DNA from: Octopus sinensis
Taxonomy: Eukaryota
Length of the DNA stretch: 64,000 nucleotides
Direction of reading: 5' to 3'
Assembly (NCBI RefSeq): GCF_006345805.1
Contig: NC_042997.1
Coordinates: forward strand, 126,046,001-126,110,000
Shown: one piece after another, positions 1 through 11,413 of the stretch
Layout: each line of letters begins with the position of its first letter
Position numbering within the stretch: the stretch's first letter is position 1
Translations under genes and position numbers: made by a program
The notes under the pieces: generated by a model
Told to the model about the DNA's origin: nothing
Seen by the model: the letters and a program-made list of their open reading frames with translations, nothing else
Databases searched by the model: none

Positions 1-1022
1 TGAGGGAGACAGTCGTCAGAGACTTTCTCTTTGCTGACGACTGCGCCCTTAATGCAATCGATGAGCAGGAGATGCAGCTCGAGATGGACAGGTTCTCATC
101 AGCCTGTGACAACTTCGGTCTCACCATCAGTGCAAAGAAAACCGAAGTGATGTTTCAGCCAGCCCCCGGCAAACAATACCATGAGCCTCAGATAAGGGTG
201 AACGGACGGATCTACGAGTGGTGGAAAACTTCACCTACCTGGGCAGCACTCTCTCCTGCAATGCCAACATAGATGCTGAAACCATCAACAGAATCTCCAA
301 GGCAAGCAGCGCGTTTGGGAGACTGCGAAAGAAAGTCTGGGAGCGGAGAGGAATCAGCCTCAACACCAGCTGAAAGTCTACCGGGCAGTCGTGCTTACCA
401 CTCTACTATACGGCTGCGAAACGTGGACTGCTTACCGAAGGCACGAGCGCCAGATAAACCACTTCCATCTCAGGTGTCTTCGGAATCTCCTTCACATCCG
501 CTGGCAGGACAAAGTCCCAGACACGGAAGTTCTGAAGCAGGCAGATCTCCCTAGCACCATCACAATCATGCGCAAGGCCCAGCTGAGATGGGCGGGCCAC
601 GTCTCCCGCATGTCCGACACTCGCATCCCAAAACAGCTCTTCTACGGTGAACTCGGCCAGGGCAGGCGCAAAGTCGGAGGGCAGAAAAAGCGCTACAAGG
701 ATAGTCTCAAGGTCTCTCTCAAAGACTTCTCCATCGGAACAGAGACCTGGGAGACACTTGCTGCCAACCGCTCATCCTGGCGCAGCGCAATCACCGTGGG
801 AGCAGGGACAGCCGAGGAGGGACGGATTCGGTCAGCGGAGCAGAAACGTCAGATGCGTAAAGTCAGAGCCGCCTGCACCAGTAGCACTGCCCCTACCCAC
901 TTCTGCCCCACCTGTGGGAGGGGCTTCCTTGCCCGGATTGGCCTCACCAGCCACCTCCGGTCTCATGGCGGCAGTTCCATCAGATGATGTCAGTTGGTCA
1001 TCTTCGAACCGAAGGACGAACA
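1..1022 (+). mobile_element. RTE-BovB-like LINE 3' portion (RT C-terminus to C2H2 tail), two frameshifts
   Basis: Contains FLFADDCAL, YLGSTLS, LLYGCETW, LRWAGHVSRM and a terminal CPTCGRGFLARIGLTSHLRSH. Frameshifts near 210 and 367. Short 3' UTR abuts a SINE fragment. Confidence 0.93.
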
Positions 1023-1558
1023 TTATAGTAGAAGATACTTGCCCAAGGTGCCAGACTGTGAGAGTGAACCCGAAAGCCATGTGGTTGGGAAGCAAATTTC
1101 TCAACCACACTCCCACAGATGCACTTATATGTTGAAAATGTTAATTATCCTGCATCTGTATGCTGAAGGTATTATCTTGAATGTTGAAGCTGTTAACTGA
1201 CCTCAACCCAAATGATGTTAATTTGGTCTTAATCAGAAAACGAGAACATATTGAAAGAAATTGCTCACTGGATGGGACACAAAAACAGCCTTCCCTAAAG
1301 ACTTATCAACGAACTCTAGATAGACAGTGCCAGCCAGGATATCTGGTGTTAAGGAAAACTTCCCAATCAAGCAACCAGATAAACTGCAGTAATAGTTAAA
1401 AGTTATTTATTGTAGAATGAATAAAGTTCAGTTAATAGAATACCCTCCAAAACATTGATTTAATTATATGTTATATTCTTCTGAAGCAGTATTGTAATGC
1501 AGATACATAGTGAAGGACAAATTAACTACAGTATTTGTCCAGTGATAATACCCCTTAA

Positions 1559-1778
1559 CCCTTTCGTTACTGTATTTATTTTGAGATGCTCTGTATTTCT
1601 TTCAATTACTTTAAATATAACTGAGAATTTAGTAAAATAACTTAGTTATCATTCAGCTAGTGTCAGGAGCATAAATTGTGACTAAGGTTTGGTGGAAGAT
1701 TTTAATTGAAAACTTATGAAAACAAGACATTTGTACTCAGAGCGAGAACCGGTTTCAGCCAGGTTGGTGACGAAAGAG
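1559..1778. mobile_element. piggyBac-type MITE (220 bp)
   Basis: TTAA target duplication and CCCTTTCGTTAC / GTGACGAAAGAG TIRs. Same family as the copies at 49926 and 63249. Confidence 0.85.
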
Positions 1779-2315
1779 TTAAGGATGCGTTGTTTAAAAA
1801 CACCAAAATATGTCAGTAGTAGATGAAAATCATTCAAGCAGACAGTTAAGAGCAACACCATTGATTTATTCAGTCACTGTTTTTCTATATGAGTAGTAAT
1901 GAATTATGCCTTAGCATGTGGCTGGCAGTGGATACATGCTGCTGACAAAGCCTAAGGTAGAAATACTTGTCTAACATTATCACTGTCCACACTGGACAAG
2001 TTTCATCTGCAACTGATATATTTTTGTTTTTAAACCACAAGGGACATTACTCTGGATGAATACTGCATTTAATTTGCATTTTGTCTGGTGTTGCAAACAT
2101 GGCTATTGTTATAATTAGTCAGAATGTCTCTAAAATACACAGGCCATTGCGTTGTGCCTCTGGTACTTAACAGTATGTATCAATTTTGCTGATGGGATTT
2201 AAGAGGAAAGAAAAAGTTTAATGGTTTGGAGTAGGGAACGCATCCAATCCCAATACAAATACATTAACAAGGCTTCTCATTCATACAAGCATTAAAAAAC
2301 ACGTGTGAAAGGAAA

Positions 2316-3400
2316 GGTGCTGCCAGTAAGGTGAGAGTTAGTCAAGTCTAGTGATGAATTTAATGTACAGGTAAACGTTTACCAGACCACAGTTCTCAAT
2401 CTCCTCTTATTCATCACCATCCTCCATGCCATAACAGAGGAATTTAAGATCAACTGTCCTTGGGAACTACTATATGCTGATGATCTTACTCTCAGAGCAA
2501 AATCTGTAATACAATTAGAAAAGAAATTGCAGATGTGGAAGCAAAACCTGGAATCTAAAGATCTTAAAATCCTTACACTTAGCAAAGAGTAACGTTCTAG
2601 TAAGAAAACAGACAGGACACTACCCACCTTAGATAAATGGCTTGCTTGATATATAGGAAAGGTGTAGTCTGTAATCGCATACACTGAACCTAGTGCAAGC
2701 TATGGATGCACAAGAGGTGCAGTAGAATCGCAGGAAGGTTAATGGAGAAAGTAGTTATTGTTTGTGGAAGATGCACAAGTGCCATAAAGTCTGTGGTCAC
2801 ATGAGAAATTAATTTTCTCAAATGTTCTGGAGGTACTAGATTGCTTTTGTTACCTATATGACCTAATTAGCAGTGGAGGATGTTCTGAAAGTGTAGTCAC
2901 TAGAATAAGTGTTGGATAAAGTTCTGAGCTATAGTATCTGTAGGTAACAAAAGGTCTCTCTCTACAAGTGAAAGGCAGATTGTATGATGCTTGTGTCTGT
3001 ACAGTGATGCTACATGGTAATGAGACATGGACCCTGAATACAGAAGACATGCAAAGACTAGAGAGGAATGGAAAAAAATATGCTCTACTGGATGTGCAAT
3101 ATTAAGTGTGCATGTATATCAAAGTGCAAATGTATTGAAAGATAAATTAGGTATAAGAGGAATCAAATGTAACATACAAGAGAGAAGATTGCATTTGATT
3201 GATTATGAGTATGGATGAGGAGAGTTGCATAAAGAAGTGCCAGTCACTTGAAGTTGATGGAATTTGTAGAAGAGATAAACCCCAAAAGACATAGGATGAA
3301 GTATTGAAGGCTGATCTCAAGATGTTGAGCCCTAAAGAGATGCCAAAGGACTGGCGTCTTGCTGTGCTCAAGAAGCCCTGCCCATCACAACAAAAACGAT
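2316..3400 (+). mobile_element. Degenerate RTE-clade LINE reverse transcriptase fragment
   Basis: Broken frames give CPWELLYADDL, LEKKLQMWKQNLESK, a Cys-rich insert, VMLHGNETWTL and KTxDEVLKADL. Many stops. Confidence 0.85.
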
Positions 3401-3647
3401 ATCCTATAACCACCTACTTATGCTTGTATGTGTGAGGCTGTGTCCCCACTCCTCTCTCCCTGACATGTCAAACATTCCTTCTCCACCCACATCAATGGTA
3501 CTACCCATACAATTGCCTCCTTCCTGTGCCTTCAGCCACTGCCCTTTTAGCCGTTACACACCATTCTACCCTGCTTCCTTTATCTGCTGTCATTCTAAAT
3601 ACCTTCTTTTATCTACCACCATAACCCACCTACTGTAGCCCCTTATA

Positions 3648-4030
3648 TATCTATTTCTTTACTACCCACAAGGGGCTAAACAAGGACAAACGGATTAAGT
3701 CAATTATATCGACCCCAGTGCATAACTGGTACTTATTTAATCAACCCCAAAAGGATGAAAGGTAAAGTCGATCTCGGCGGAATTTGAACTCAGAACATAG
3801 CGGCAGACAAAATACCTATTTCTTTATTACCCACAAGGGGCTAAACAAGGACAGACATAGGTATTAAGTTGATTACATCGACCCCAGTGTGAAACTGGTA
3901 CTTAATTTATCGACCCCGAAAGGATAAACGGCAAAGTCGACCGCGGCGGAATTTGAACTCACAACATAATGGCAGCCGAAATACTGCTAAGCATTTCACC
4001 CAACGTGCTAACGATTCTGCCAGTTCACTG
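3648..4030 (-). mobile_element. Two tandem copies of tRNA-derived SINE family A
   Basis: Shared core GTCGACTTTGCCTTTCATCCTTT...GGGGTCGAT and tail TAGCCCCTTGTGGGTAGTAAAG. The core resembles the MetaSINE domain (from memory). Boundaries approximate. Confidence 0.8.
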
Positions 4031-5569
4031 CCCTTTTTCATTTTTTATCCCAGCCTCTCCCTCTCCACAGCTCTCACACCTTGTTCTACTACTTCCAATT
4101 CTATTCTTCCTGAATCACTCCAATATTTATCAACTCACCTGTTATCTGTATCCCACACCATTGTTTTTCAATCAGTTTATTCTCGCACCTATGCAAGTAT
4201 TCACTCATCCTCACCTTCATGTTCCTTGCAAGTTTGCTCTAGTACCCCATCACTACCTTATTACCTCCTCTATGGGAAGACACCAGTTCTTATCCCTCAA
4301 TCATACTTTAACCTTTCAACACCTCGCATACTACCACTCATCTCCACTTTTTCCTCCCAAATACATAGTAGTAGTCTTTTCCTTGTCTTGAAAATTACAA
4401 GACAGCCTCACTAGCATTAGTGGCACACACACACACACACACACAAAAGGCACCCAGTACAATCTGTAAAGTGGTTGAGGAAGGGCATCCAGCTGTAAAA
4501 TCCATGCCAAAGATGACATTGGAACTCACTAGTTCCACCAAACCATCCTACCTATGCCAGCATTGAACAGACTTTAAATAATATCCATGCAATTTCAAAG
4601 TTCTTAAGAGATTGAGCAATAATGATCACCGAGTGAAAATTAATTGATTTTTCAGTTTTAATGCTTACAAGTTAGAAGAAAGAAAAACTTTGGAAACAAC
4701 AGCATTGCAAATGGATGCAGCTGCAGAGTTTGATGTGACACACAAAGTTCAGAAAGGCAGCAATTAATGTAATAGTGGTGGTAGAAGTGCACTGGTGCAA
4801 GTTAATCAGGCTAGGAGTCATTTACTTTTAATATTGCTCATGTAGTGTTTTGTTTCATAAGCATCAGCAACAATTTAAGGCAGCTGAAGTATCTTCAAAC
4901 ATGTTACTTGTTCAGAATTGGAAGGAAGCATGGCTTTACCTATGGTGATGAATAAAAAAAACATGAGATGTGTTCTTTGTTCACCATCATTCAACATATT
5001 TTTCATGCTGGCATGGTTTCTACAGTTGAATGTCCTTCCTAATGCCAAACATTTTACAGTATAGTGGGTACATTTTTGTGGCACCAGCACAGGTGAGGTT
5101 ACCCATTTTGTGTATGTGTGCATATATTCAATTTACATATCATCGTTTAACGTCCGCTTTCCATGCTAGCATGGGTTAGACGATTTTGACTGAGGGCTGG
5201 CGAACCAGATGGCTGCACCAGGCTCCAATCTTGATTTGGCAGAGTTTCTACAGCTGGATGCCCTTCCTAACGCCAACCACTCTGAGAGTGTAGTGGGTGC
5301 TTTTTACGTGCCACCGGTACGGGGGACAGTCAGGCAGTACTGGCAACGACCTCGCTTGAATCTTTTTACACATGCCACCAACACAGGTGCCTGTAAGGCG
5401 ATGTTGGTAACGTGTTGTTAACGTGTTGGTAACGTGCCACTGGACGGAAGCTAGTTGGCTGCTCTGGCAACGATCATGCTCGTATGGTGCTCTTGGCACC
5501 CTACTAGCATAGGCATAATACATGCATAATAAACATTGTGCAACATAAAAAAAAAAACCTCAGAAACAA

Positions 5570-6674
5570 TATAACATTGTAAGACATTTTATTGAATAAA
5601 TACAGAAATTACAGTGAAATGATCTCATCATTACAGACTACCACAATACAATAGATTATAAACAGATACTTGTCTGTGTTAAAACTTTTTAAGAGGATTA
5701 TATATATTTACTGAATATAAGCAAAACTGAGAAAAAAAAAAAAAAAAAAAAATCAAAGTTCTTAAGAACTAATTTAATTTAGAAAAAGAGTAGAAAACTC
5801 ATCCACACACACATAAATTCTGAGAAATTCAGAAGTCCCTTTAGCATTTAAATGGCAAATAGCGATTTTTTTTGTTACAATTTTGTTGTCTGTGTGTGTG
5901 TATATATATATGTATATATACATATGTGTGTAAAGAAAACAGTCATTATCAATAGAAGACAATATTCATTGATTCAGAACTGATTCAACATGACAATCTT
6001 GTTCACTGATCTGCATATACTTAGAGCAACTGCCCAAGGCAGTTCAGACAGATAGCAGAATAAATGACAGCTATCCTGAAATCTCAACTATGGTAGTAAA
6101 CAGAGTGAACTGGTGTTTAGTAGTAGGTGTTAAATGAATGCAGTGGGTAGTCAGACGGAGACTATAGAGAGTAGGTGGAATTTGAAGTATATAGAAATGA
6201 GGCAACAAGACCTAAATTAAGAAGCTCAAGAGACTTCAGTGTCAGTTGATTTAATGCTGCAGAGACTCTTGAATCACTTTGTGAGTGTGTGTGTCCCCTT
6301 TATATATCATTTAATGTCTGTTTTCCATGCTGGCATGGGTTGGACAGTTAAATATATGTAGTGACAAGACTGATGTGAACTAATAACTACTTAACAGTCA
6401 GGTTCTGTTGATGGTATAGAAACAAGAATTAAAAACTATACAAACTACAATACATAAAAATTCATAGAGTGAATAAAATTAGTAAATTTAAATAAGTAAG
6501 ATTATAATATACTGTTTAGACTATCTGAAATAATATCTGTCCATGAAAAACTTAAGAAAAAAAAAAGAAACAATTGCAAATTATTTATTTAGTAATTGAT
6601 ATACTTCCATATACATGACAAAAGAATTAAATGAATAATAACTAATAGAAGTGTGAGGTGCAATAGGATGAAGC
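5570..6674 (-). other. Probable SQSTM1 3' UTR
   Basis: Mostly unique AT-rich sequence downstream of the stop, with a minus-strand AATAAA at 5588-5593. The end point is inferred; there is no transcript evidence. Confidence 0.45.
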
Positions 6675-6820
6675 TTAGTTTTTCTTCATGCTGTTTTGGA
6701 TTGTATCTAATACTGCGCTGATATCTCCCTTTTTAGCTTCCAAAAGAACTGTCAGCCAGCCTCCTTCATTTGAGTATCCCATACTCATCATCTGGTCAAG
6801 TGAATCAGCAATTTTTGGAT
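6675..6820 (-). CDS. SQSTM1: SQSTM1 exon 7 (UBA domain, stop)
   Basis: Translates [48 protein letters not shown], similar to human [27 protein letters not shown]. The seven exons total 1446 nt, i.e. 481 aa plus stop. Confidence 0.97.
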
Positions 6821-7064
6821 CTGAAAGAGGTAAACATTTAATATATAAGATGCAACATATTTTGGTGTGTGTGTGTGTGCAGCTGAGTAAGTTATACTGT
6901 CTATTGTGGTCAAACAATGAAATTGTCTAAGAAATACTAGATCACCATAATGCCAATCATACAATATCAAATACAACAGCACCAGAATATTTAAAAAGAG
7001 CTTCATCTCAATTATCAGATGGACTACAAAATGTTACAATTATCCATTTTCATCTACCTAATAA

Positions 7065-7294
7065 CTATTTCTTTACTACCCACAAGGGGCTAAACACAGA
7101 GGGGACAAACAAGGACAGAAAACGGATTAAGTCGATTACATCGACCCCAGTGCGTAACTTGTACTTATTTAATCGACCCCAAAAGGATGAAAGGCAAAGT
7201 CGACCTCGGCGGAATTTGAACTCAGAACGTAGCGGCAGACGCAATACCGCTAAGCATTTCGCCCGGTGTGCTAACGTTTCTACCAGCTCGCCGC
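7065..7294 (-). mobile_element. Near-full-length SINE family A copy in SQSTM1 intron 6
   Basis: tRNA-like head GCGGCGAGCTGGTAGAAACGTTAGCA, B-box-like GAGTTCAAATTCC, family core and tail. Further copies near 9935-10148, 12800-13212, 20180-20335, 32650-32867, 38085-38280, 51940-52400 and 59960-60390. Confidence 0.85.
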
Positions 7295-7931
7295 TGGCAT
7301 TACCACAAACCTGCATTCAGATTACTCTGTAAAGTGTAATGTTAATTTATACTCATTGTTTTTAATTAATCATGCATTATCTTGTAGCTTCAAGATTTCA
7401 GAGATGTGACTGTTTATTTTTAGTATGACATTGTAGGATAAGCGTGAGAGGCCAGATCAGGCCAGTTTAGATGTTAACGGGTCAAATACCCACAAATTTA
7501 TCATTATTATTAGAAGTGCATCACAGAAAACCAAGTATTTTGATTAATCCATACTAAAATTCCAACCAATATATAAATTCCTTTAGTAGCCATCATTTGG
7601 TTTTTGTCTTGTGCAAACAAACTGCATTTAATATAAAAACTTTATTCTGCCAGAATGAACTAAGGTGTAAATTATAATTAATCTAATAAATATTTGATAC
7701 AAATAGAAAATTAGTTCAAGTACAACATGTAGCCTACAGCTTATCAAAATCAACACAGAAAGTAAATAAATTGTGATGCTGTTGATATCTGCTGTAAATG
7801 TGACATCAAAAACAAGTGGAAAGACATTTCAGAAGTAAATTAAAAGATCTAATTCAAGTTTACAGATGTTAATAAAAAAATAAAGAAAGTCATAAAACAA
7901 AAACTAGTTTTATTGTAGCTTTAATCCTTAC

Positions 7932-8055
7932 CTGATGGATAATATAAAGAATTATCTTGTTTGATGTTTTCACTGACCATCTCATAAGGTGCAGATTTGC
8001 GGCTTTCGGGAGATAGATCATTCTTAGGTGAAAGAACGGTCCAACCATCAGCACA
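7932..8055 (-). CDS. SQSTM1: SQSTM1 exon 6 (LIR motif)
   Basis: Translates CADGWTVLSPKNDLSPESRKSAPYEMVSENIKQDNSLYYPS, with a W-x-x-L LIR core. Long polypyrimidine acceptor, GTAAGG donor, 124 nt, phases 0 to 1. Confidence 0.92.
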
Positions 8056-8709
8056 CTAAAAAACAAAAAAGACAAGCAATCAGTACAATTTTATCATCAT
8101 CATTTCATGTCTGCCACACATACATACACACAGCTGTATTTTGAAAAGCAAGTTTAGAAGGATGAGTTGGTACTGACAATTGTTAGAAGTTTACAAAGAG
8201 ATTAAAGCACTCAAAAAATTTGGTCTGTCATGTTAACCAGCTTAACAGTTAATATATTATTATTCTAATATTTTACGTCCATTTCTCCATGCTGGCATTG
8301 TCTGAATGGGTTGTCACAATCTGCATCATCTTTCATCCACAGCAACACAAAATCTACCAACATTTATGAATATATCTACATTGCAGACCAGCTGCATTTA
8401 GATTGCTACCAGTACTAGAGAGGTTCTCTATCCTACACCAGTTATCTGGGTCTACTACCCTCCTAGACAGGCAGCTTGTACAGCAGTTTTAAATTTTAAT
8501 TCCTGATTATGTCTATGTGCAAAAGCAGAAAAATCAGCACTATTAAAAAACAAGAGATTCATTTTTTTTTAATAGGAAATGATAAAAATAAATAAGGTCT
8601 CAGAAGAAAAATAAAAGTTATGGAAACAGTTGTAGCAGACTAAACTACTCTTCATTGGCTTGCATGGATAAGCAAAAAAAATAAAATAAAGAAAACTTAA
8701 AAAACCTAC

Positions 8710-9200
8710 CAAAGTTTCACCAGCAGCAGGAGGGGCTTTTGTAGTTTCCTCATTTACAAAGTCAGCTGTGGAGCTAAAATCCCCACAAGTACTTTCTGGT
8801 TTCTCAACAGGCTTTTCGGGGGTAGTTTCCTCTTTCTTCTCGGCACCAGCTGCAGCAGCAGCAGAAGCTGCAGCTGCGGTAGCAGCAGCAGTGGCAACTG
8901 CATGGGCAATCTTATGAGCTTTTTCAGCAATATCAGATGGTGACATATTAGGATCAGCAGCTGCATCATGATGAACATTGGTGAAGACATGTGGGCCACT
9001 AGTAAACACGTGTGGGCCACTGGTAAACACATGTGGTTTGTGTGGGCCATGAGGACCCATAGGAGGAACTCCAAATGGTCCAAAGAAACCAAATGGAGGT
9101 GGGGGTGGTGGGGGTGGATGTGGTCCATTTGCACCTGGGCGGCCACTGAAAACTTTATGGAATTGACCCTCTTTTTCCAGTTTCATATCCAACTCAATAC
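8710..9200 (-). CDS. SQSTM1: SQSTM1 exon 5 (GIELD region plus Pro/His/Ala low-complexity linker)
   Basis: TTTTAG acceptor, GIELDMKLEKEG...KAPPAAGETL, GTAGGT donor. 491 nt, phases 1 to 0. Confidence 0.92.
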
Positions 9201-9535
9201 CTAAAATGAATGATAAACATTAAATGAAAAGTCTAAAAAAATTTTTTAAATAAAAAATTAGTGGGTAACAGAACTAATGAAATGATTTCATATTTGACAA
9301 TTAGACACATTGCATGAATGAAACTTAATTTGGTTTAAGACTGAAAAAGTTGTAAACGAGATTACTTAAAATGCTGAGAAAATTTCCATTTAAGACAAAA
9401 TATAAAAATAACAGCAGTGGTTATCTTAAATTGGCTGATTTTTTTTTTTTAGTACAAGAAGCCTTTAAAATAAAGATTAACTTTTTGGTAATTAGACTGG
9501 CTAGTAAACTAATATAGTTTCATGAAATCTCTTAC

Positions 9536-9749
9536 CAAATGGGTTCAGCACAGAGGATAAGTGCTCTCCAAGATTTTGGAACATGTTTTGAGCATATCCT
9601 GGAGGTTTTTTAGCTTCGTCTTTGTCTTTTTTCTCATCTGGTGTCTTGTTGGTAGTAGAAGAGGATGAAGTTGTTGAGCTGAAAGAACAACCTCCGGGGC
9701 CAGCAAAAGTGAAGCTATAATCACCACCATCTTTTGGGCAATATGGAGG
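9536..9749 (-). CDS. SQSTM1: SQSTM1 exon 4
   Basis: Translates PPYCPKDGG...NLGEHLSSVLNPF; its end joins GIELD as in p62 (LSPLGIEVD). 214 nt, phases 0 to 1, canonical splice sites. Confidence 0.93.
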
Positions 9750-11207
9750 CTGTACAATAGAAATATTCCATTAGTTAAAAAACAAATTCAATTGAGTTTT
9801 TGCATTTTAGTAATGGGTTTTTTAATGGAGTATTTGTGTAAATACAAAGTTTTCAATTCTCATTCACTATACTTCGTATATAAGGGCAAACACTAACAAA
9901 TACATTTTAAATTGCTTAAAATTAAATAATATTCTTTTCTATTCTAGGCACAAGGCCCGAAATTTATAGGGAGGGGGCCCAGTTGATTTGATCGACCCCA
10001 GTATGCAACTGGTTCTTAATTTATTGACCTCGAAAGGATGAAAGGCAAAGTCGATCTCAGCAGAATTTGAACTCTGAACATAAAGACAGATGAAATACCG
10101 CTAAGCATGTTGCCCAGTGTGCTAACATTTCTGCCAGCGTGCCGCCTTAAAATTTAAAAACATTCATCTAAAACTAATTCTGATACCTGATATTAAAATA
10201 CAACTAGCTGCTAGTTAGGACACAGTATCTCATTTTGTAACCATAAGATACTTGATAGTATATTAAAGGCTTACAACTCAATATTGTGCCTTACTTTAGT
10301 GTTAGCAGTTTAATGCGATTGAAAATAAAACAGGTAATGGGTTTAAGTGCATATTTCAAGAGTTATTGCTTTCCATCAACATCACATGCAACCCATCAAC
10401 ATTAGTTGATGGAAGTGCAACTGGCTCCTGTCAACTCTCCTACCCATGCATGCATGGAAGATTGACATTAAACAATGATGATATATATATAATACATGTG
10501 TATGCTTGTGCCACTTTATATGTGATAGCTGTGAATGTCACTGTCATACAAGCAGTGTCGTTTATTTCCAACATCCAGCATAGACATGTCTGGCCATGGG
10601 AAAATATTACCTAATTTAAAAACTGGCAAGAGGTAACAACAGGAAGGGCCCTAGAAATTCAACCTTGTAATCATTGAGAGCATGAAAAAAATGGATGTTA
10701 AAATGATAACAACGAGTGTTTGGGGGATTCTTATATTTTACATCCCTTGCTCAAGTCATCAGACTGCAACCATGCTGGGGCATAGCTTTGAAAAAAATTT
10801 AGTCAGACAAGTAGAGGCCAGTACCTTTTTTTTTTAAAGCCTGGTACTTATTCTGTTGGTCTCTTGTTGCAAGCATACTGACACCAATTGTCAAGTGGTG
10901 GTGGGAAACAAACATAAGGCACAAAAACACACACACATATACATGATGGGCTTCTTTCAGATTCTGCCTACCAAACCCACACACAAGGCTACAAGGCTTT
11001 GGTTGGCCCAAGGCTATAGCTGTCCTAAGTACCATGCAGTGGGACTGAATCTGGAACCAAGAGGTTGGGAAGCAAACTGCTTACCACACAACCATGCCTG
11101 CATCTATATTAATCGATATAGTTTTTCAAAGAGTTCTTTGTTAAGCAGTTTCTTGAAAAGAATTATAAATGTTAAGATTAATATAAAAACCTGAAATCAA
11201 CACTTAC

Positions 11208-11413
11208 AGGAACCATTCCTGGAATAGGAATCTTCATCATAGGATGTTCTGGATGACAGTCCTTTTTCTCACACTCTTGGCAGAGATCATAGTCAGGACA
11301 AGCAAGACATTTGAAACGAGGACCACTTATTTGTTTATCACAACCATCACAGATCACATGAGGATGCACTGTTTCATCAGCTCCAGTATCAGGCATTGGC
11401 TTAGAATCATTTA
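11208..11413 (-). CDS. SQSTM1: SQSTM1 exon 3 (ZZ zinc finger)
   Basis: Contains VHPHVICDGCDKQISGPRFKCLACPDYDLCQECEKKDCHPEHPMMKI. 206 nt, TTACAG acceptor, GTAAGT donor, phases 1 to 0. Confidence 0.97.

Noticed and set aside
1181-1399. 72-aa ORF and an alternative-frame EIAHWMGH resembling a tyrosine-recombinase box
   Set aside because: No other catalytic motifs and frames close quickly; too short to support.
4656-4767. Possible plus-strand terminal exon (FNAYKLEERK...KGSN*) with AATAAA at 5595
   Set aside because: Only 36 codons, no recognisable family, and no phase-compatible upstream exon found. Could be chance.
7200-7294. tRNA gene candidates (A/B-box-like sequences here and in other SINE heads)
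   Set aside because: They cannot form a full cloverleaf and always continue into SINE bodies. No genuine tRNA or rRNA gene was seen.
8754-9204. Overlapping ORFs (130 aa minus, 78 aa plus) across p62 exon 5
   Set aside because: By-products of the low-complexity codon repeats in the true frame. No independent start context or splice support.
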